Virus record (IMG/VR): IMGVR_UViG_3300007102_000029
Location: 1-33,510 of that record
Strand: one strand, 5' to 3'
DNA length: 33,510 nt
From: a virus
Shown: piece after piece, positions 31,147 through 33,510 of the stretch
Numbering within the stretch: the stretch's first letter is position 1
How the letters are laid out: every line of letters starts with the position of its first letter
The notes under the pieces: model-generated
What the model was told of the DNA's origin: nothing
Databases searched by the model: none
What the model saw: the letters and a program-made list of their open reading frames with translations, nothing else
Position numbers and translations under genes: made by a program

Positions 31147-33079
31147 AATGTTGTATCGCTCTTTTCAGGTCCGCGCCGACGACGTGGACCAGGAAAGCCG
31201 GGTGGTGGCGTTAAGCTTTTCCAGCGAAGAGCCTGTCTTGCGTTGGTTCGACGGTGGTTTTGTTTGGGAAGTTTTGGACCACAACCCGGAAAGTGTAGAC
31301 CTTACCCGGTTAAACCGGAAAGCGCCTTTTTTGCTGGACCACAACCCGACAAAACACGTCGGCGTTATCCAGGGGGCTGAAATCGACGGGACAAGCAAGC
31401 GGGGGTTGTGTGAAGTTCGCTTTGGTAAAAGCGACCTTGCCAACGACACATTGCGCGACGTCCAGGACGATATAAGGCCCAACGTTAGCGTCGGTTATGA
31501 AATTTTGTCGGGACACATGGACGGGGAAAAAGACGGTTATCCGATTTACCGGTTTAAGTGGGCGCCGTTCGAAATCTCTTCGGTGGCGATTCCGGCCGAT
31601 ACCACGGTTGGCGTTGGCCGCGCTTTTGCGGGGATTGTTGAGTTGCCGCCAGGCAATCAGGACGACGCCGGCGCCAAGGATGAAAAAAACCAAAAACGAA
31701 ATGGAGGACAAAAAACAATGAAGTGCAAAAAATGTAGCCGCGATTTTGTCGACGGCAAATGCCCGGACGGGTGCGAAGTCGAAGTAACGGTTGATAATGG
31801 CCGCGACTTCGAAAAGGAAATGCGCAACGAAACGCGCCGGGTTAACGAAATCCTGGCCATGGCCGAAAAACACGGTGCCAGCGAAATGGCCCGCGAGGCA
31901 ATCGCCGGCAAACAGAGTGTCGAGCAGTTCGCTTGCGCCCTTCTGGAACGCGCCGGCGCTACCCGGATTGAAAACCAGGACCCGGCTATTGGCCTGACCG
32001 CCAAAGAGGCCAAGCGTTATTCGATTATCAAGGCCCTTCGCCACCTGGTCGCACCGGGCGACGCCAAGGCCCGCGAGGACGCCGCTTTTGAAATCGAGTG
32101 TTCGAAGGCCGCCGCCGAGCGTAACGGGTCCGAGCCGTCGGGGATTCTGCTTCCGCATGATGTCCTTATGCGCGACCTGACCGTTGGCACCGCCGCCGAC
32201 GGTGGAAACCTGGTCGGCACCGACTTTTTGTCCGGGTCTTTTATTGACGCCCTGCGCAATAAAATGATGGTTAAAAAGCTTGGCGCCCGCACCTTGGACG
32301 GCCTCGTTGGTGACGTCGCCATTCCGAAGCTTTCCGGCGGCGCAACCACCTATTGGGTCGACGGTGATTCCACGACCGGCCCGACCGAAAGCAAACAAAG
32401 CTTCGGCCAGGTTGCGCTTTCGCCGAAAACCGTTGGCGCCATCACCGACATTTCGCGCAAGCTTCTGAAGCAATCCAGCCCGTCGGTCGATATGCTGGTT
32501 CAGGACGATCTTTCGACGGTCGTTGCCCTGGCGATTGATAACGCCGCCCTTCACGGCACCGGGTCGAACAACCAGCCGACCGGCGTTGCCGCCACCAACG
32601 GCATTGGTTCGGTTGCCGGTGGCACCGACGGCGCCGCGCCGGATTGGGACGACATTATCGACCTTTGGTCGGCCGTCGCGATTGATAACGCCGACATTGG
32701 GTCCCTTGGTTATCTGACCAACCCGGCCGTTATCGGAAAACTGATGAAAACCGACAAAGGCACCGACACCGGGAAATTTGTTTGCGACACCTTCCCGAAC
32801 GCCGAAGGTTTCACCAACCTGGCCGGTATGCGTTGCGGCGCGTCCAACCAGGTTTCCAGCACCCTGGAAAAAGGCGGGTCCGGTGCGGTTTGTTCGGCGA
32901 TCTTCTTTGGCAATTGGGCCGACCTGGTAATTGGCGCCTGGGGTGGTCTGGACCTGACCGTGGACCCCTACACCGGCGGCGCTTCCGGCACCCTGCGCAT
33001 TATCGCATTGCAGGACGTCGACATTGCGGTGCGCCACGCCGAGTCGTTCGCGGCCATGCTGGACGCCCTGACCGCGTAA
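31130..33079 (+). CDS. fused prohead serine protease (HK97/S78-type), scaffold-like linker and HK97-fold major capsid protein
   Basis: The N-domain has VVALSFSSEEPV...FLLDHNPTKHVGVI...RPNVSVGYEI...EISSVAIPAD (S78 pattern with His and Ser). A helical linker follows. The C-domain GGNLVGTDFLSGSFIDALRNKMMVKKLGARTLDGLVGDVAIPKL...TYWV and the terminal region fit Phage_capsid. Possible starts are GTG 31124, ATG 31130 and ATG 31148. Confidence 0.85.
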   Translation: MTEKNKMLYRSFQVRADDVDQESRVVALSFSSEEPVLRWFDGGFVWEVLDHNPESVDLTRLNRKAPFLLDHNPTKHVGVIQGAEIDGTSKRGLCEVRFGKSDLANDTLRDVQDDIRPNVSVGYEILSGHMDGEKDGYPIYRFKWAPFEISSVAIPADTTVGVGRAFAGIVELPPGNQDDAGAKDEKNQKRNGGQKTMKCKKCSRDFVDGKCPDGCEVEVTVDNGRDFEKEMRNETRRVNEILAMAEKHGASEMAREAIAGKQSVEQFACALLERAGATRIENQDPAIGLTAKEAKRYSIIKALRHLVAPGDAKAREDAAFEIECSKAAAERNGSEPSGILLPHDVLMRDLTVGTAADGGNLVGTDFLSGSFIDALRNKMMVKKLGARTLDGLVGDVAIPKLSGGATTYWVDGDSTTGPTESKQSFGQVALSPKTVGAITDISRKLLKQSSPSVDMLVQDDLSTVVALAIDNAALHGTGSNNQPTGVAATNGIGSVAGGTDGAAPDWDDIIDLWSAVAIDNADIGSLGYLTNPAVIGKLMKTDKGTDTGKFVCDTFPNAEGFTNLAGMRCGASNQVSSTLEKGGSGAVCSAIFFGNWADLVIGAWGGLDLTVDPYTGGASGTLRIIALQDVDIAVRHAESFAAMLDALTA

Positions 33080-33097
33080 GTAATTAAGCAGTAAAAC

Positions 33098-33146
33098 AAA
33101 AAGCCGGGGGCTTTGGCTAACGCCCTGGTCCCCGGCTTTTTTCTTT
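33098..33146 (+). terminator. terminator-like hairpin after the capsid gene
   Basis: AAAAAGCCGGGG (33098-33109) pairs with CCCCGGCTTTTT (33130-33141), followed by a further TCTTT. The large 20-nt loop lowers confidence. Confidence 0.5.
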
Positions 33147-33166
33147 AATTCGAAAGGGTTTTTGCA

Positions 33167-33510
33167 ATGTCTGAAAAAGTTGAAATCTTGATTCTTCGAA
33201 ACACGGTGGCCGACGGTCGACCGGTTTTCGCCGGTGATTTCGAAAGCGTGTCGCCGGAAGCGGCGCGGGACCTGGTTGTTTATGGCAAGGCCGAACCGGA
33301 AGCGGCCAAGGCGGCCGACAAGAAAAAGCAGGTTAAAAAGGCCAAGGCGATTAAAGCGAACGAAGAAAAGGCGCTTGCGGCAAAGGCCGAGAAAAAAGCG
33401 GCCCGGCTGGCCGGTAAGGCGCAACAACCCAACGACCAGGACCCGGACAACGACCAGGACCCGGACAACGACCAGGACCCGGACAACGACCAGGACCCGG
33501 ACAACGACCA
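33167..33510 (+). CDS. 5' part of a head-module gene: small N-domain, Lys/Ala-rich segment, then DNDQDP repeats (continues at 1-89)
   Basis: ATG 33167 with GAAAGGG 9 nt upstream. The product begins MSEKVEILILRNTVADGRPVFAGDFESVSPEAARDLVVYGKAEPEAAKAADKKKQVKKAKAIKANEEKALAAKAEKKAARLAGKAQQP, then NDQDPD repeats. There is no stop before the window end, and it is absent from the ORF track for that reason. Confidence 0.75.
   Translation, partial: MSEKVEILILRNTVADGRPVFAGDFESVSPEAARDLVVYGKAEPEAAKAADKKKQVKKAKAIKANEEKALAAKAEKKAARLAGKAQQPNDQDPDNDQDPDNDQDPDNDQDPDND
33431..33510. repeat. 18-bp tandem repeat, same unit and phase as 1-82
   Basis: Read directly. 33444-33510 (67 nt) is identical to 1-67. Confidence 0.95.

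Noticed and set aside
31310-33427. 705-aa ORF on the minus strand opposite the protease/MCP gene
   Set aside because: The translation is Arg/Gly/Pro/Val-rich low complexity with no motif. The plus strand carries clear protease and HK97-capsid patterns, so this is a typical shadow ORF in GC-rich coding sequence.

Overview
The window looks like one complete, circularly closed genome (about 33.4 kb) of a temperate tailed phage. All family and domain names here come from motif recognition by eye; no searches were run.

Circular closure: both window ends lie inside the same 18-bp in-frame tandem repeat of a single gene. The window is therefore a circle or permutation opened inside a CDS.

Plus-strand order:
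- head-tail joining gene
- embedded lysis cassette (TM protein, GH108 endolysin, 3-TM holin-like protein)
- tail terminator-like gene, major tail gene, and a short tape measure with no recognisable chaperone pair
- hub/Ig-domain tail protein, Cys-rich proteins, beta-propeller tail protein and lectin-type fibres
- a two-gene cargo pair: HTH-fused calcineurin-type metallophosphoesterase plus a GDR..YG protein

Minus-strand block:
- a self-contained 4-gene cargo operon (orf83, HExxH Zn-peptidase, orf133, RHH protein) driven by a near-consensus promoter with a palindromic operator
- attP, consisting of a tRNA-Ala 3' fragment flanked by GGTGCAAACG arm repeats
- an int <- TM protein <- CI-like repressor operon

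Back on the plus strand:
- cro-like gene and a candidate terminator/antiterminator element
- a run of tiny membrane and zinc-ribbon proteins
- replication initiator and DnaB-like helicase
- Nu1-like TerS and lambda gpA-like TerL
- an HTH gene followed by a strong terminator
- gpW-like protein and lambda-family portal
- a fused prohead protease/MCP gene

Best candidates for something undescribed are the two convergent cargo modules between the tail fibres and attP (13158-16935). The leftward RHH/HExxH operon stands out because its promoter region carries a 17/18-nt copy of a motif from the cI/cro switch region.
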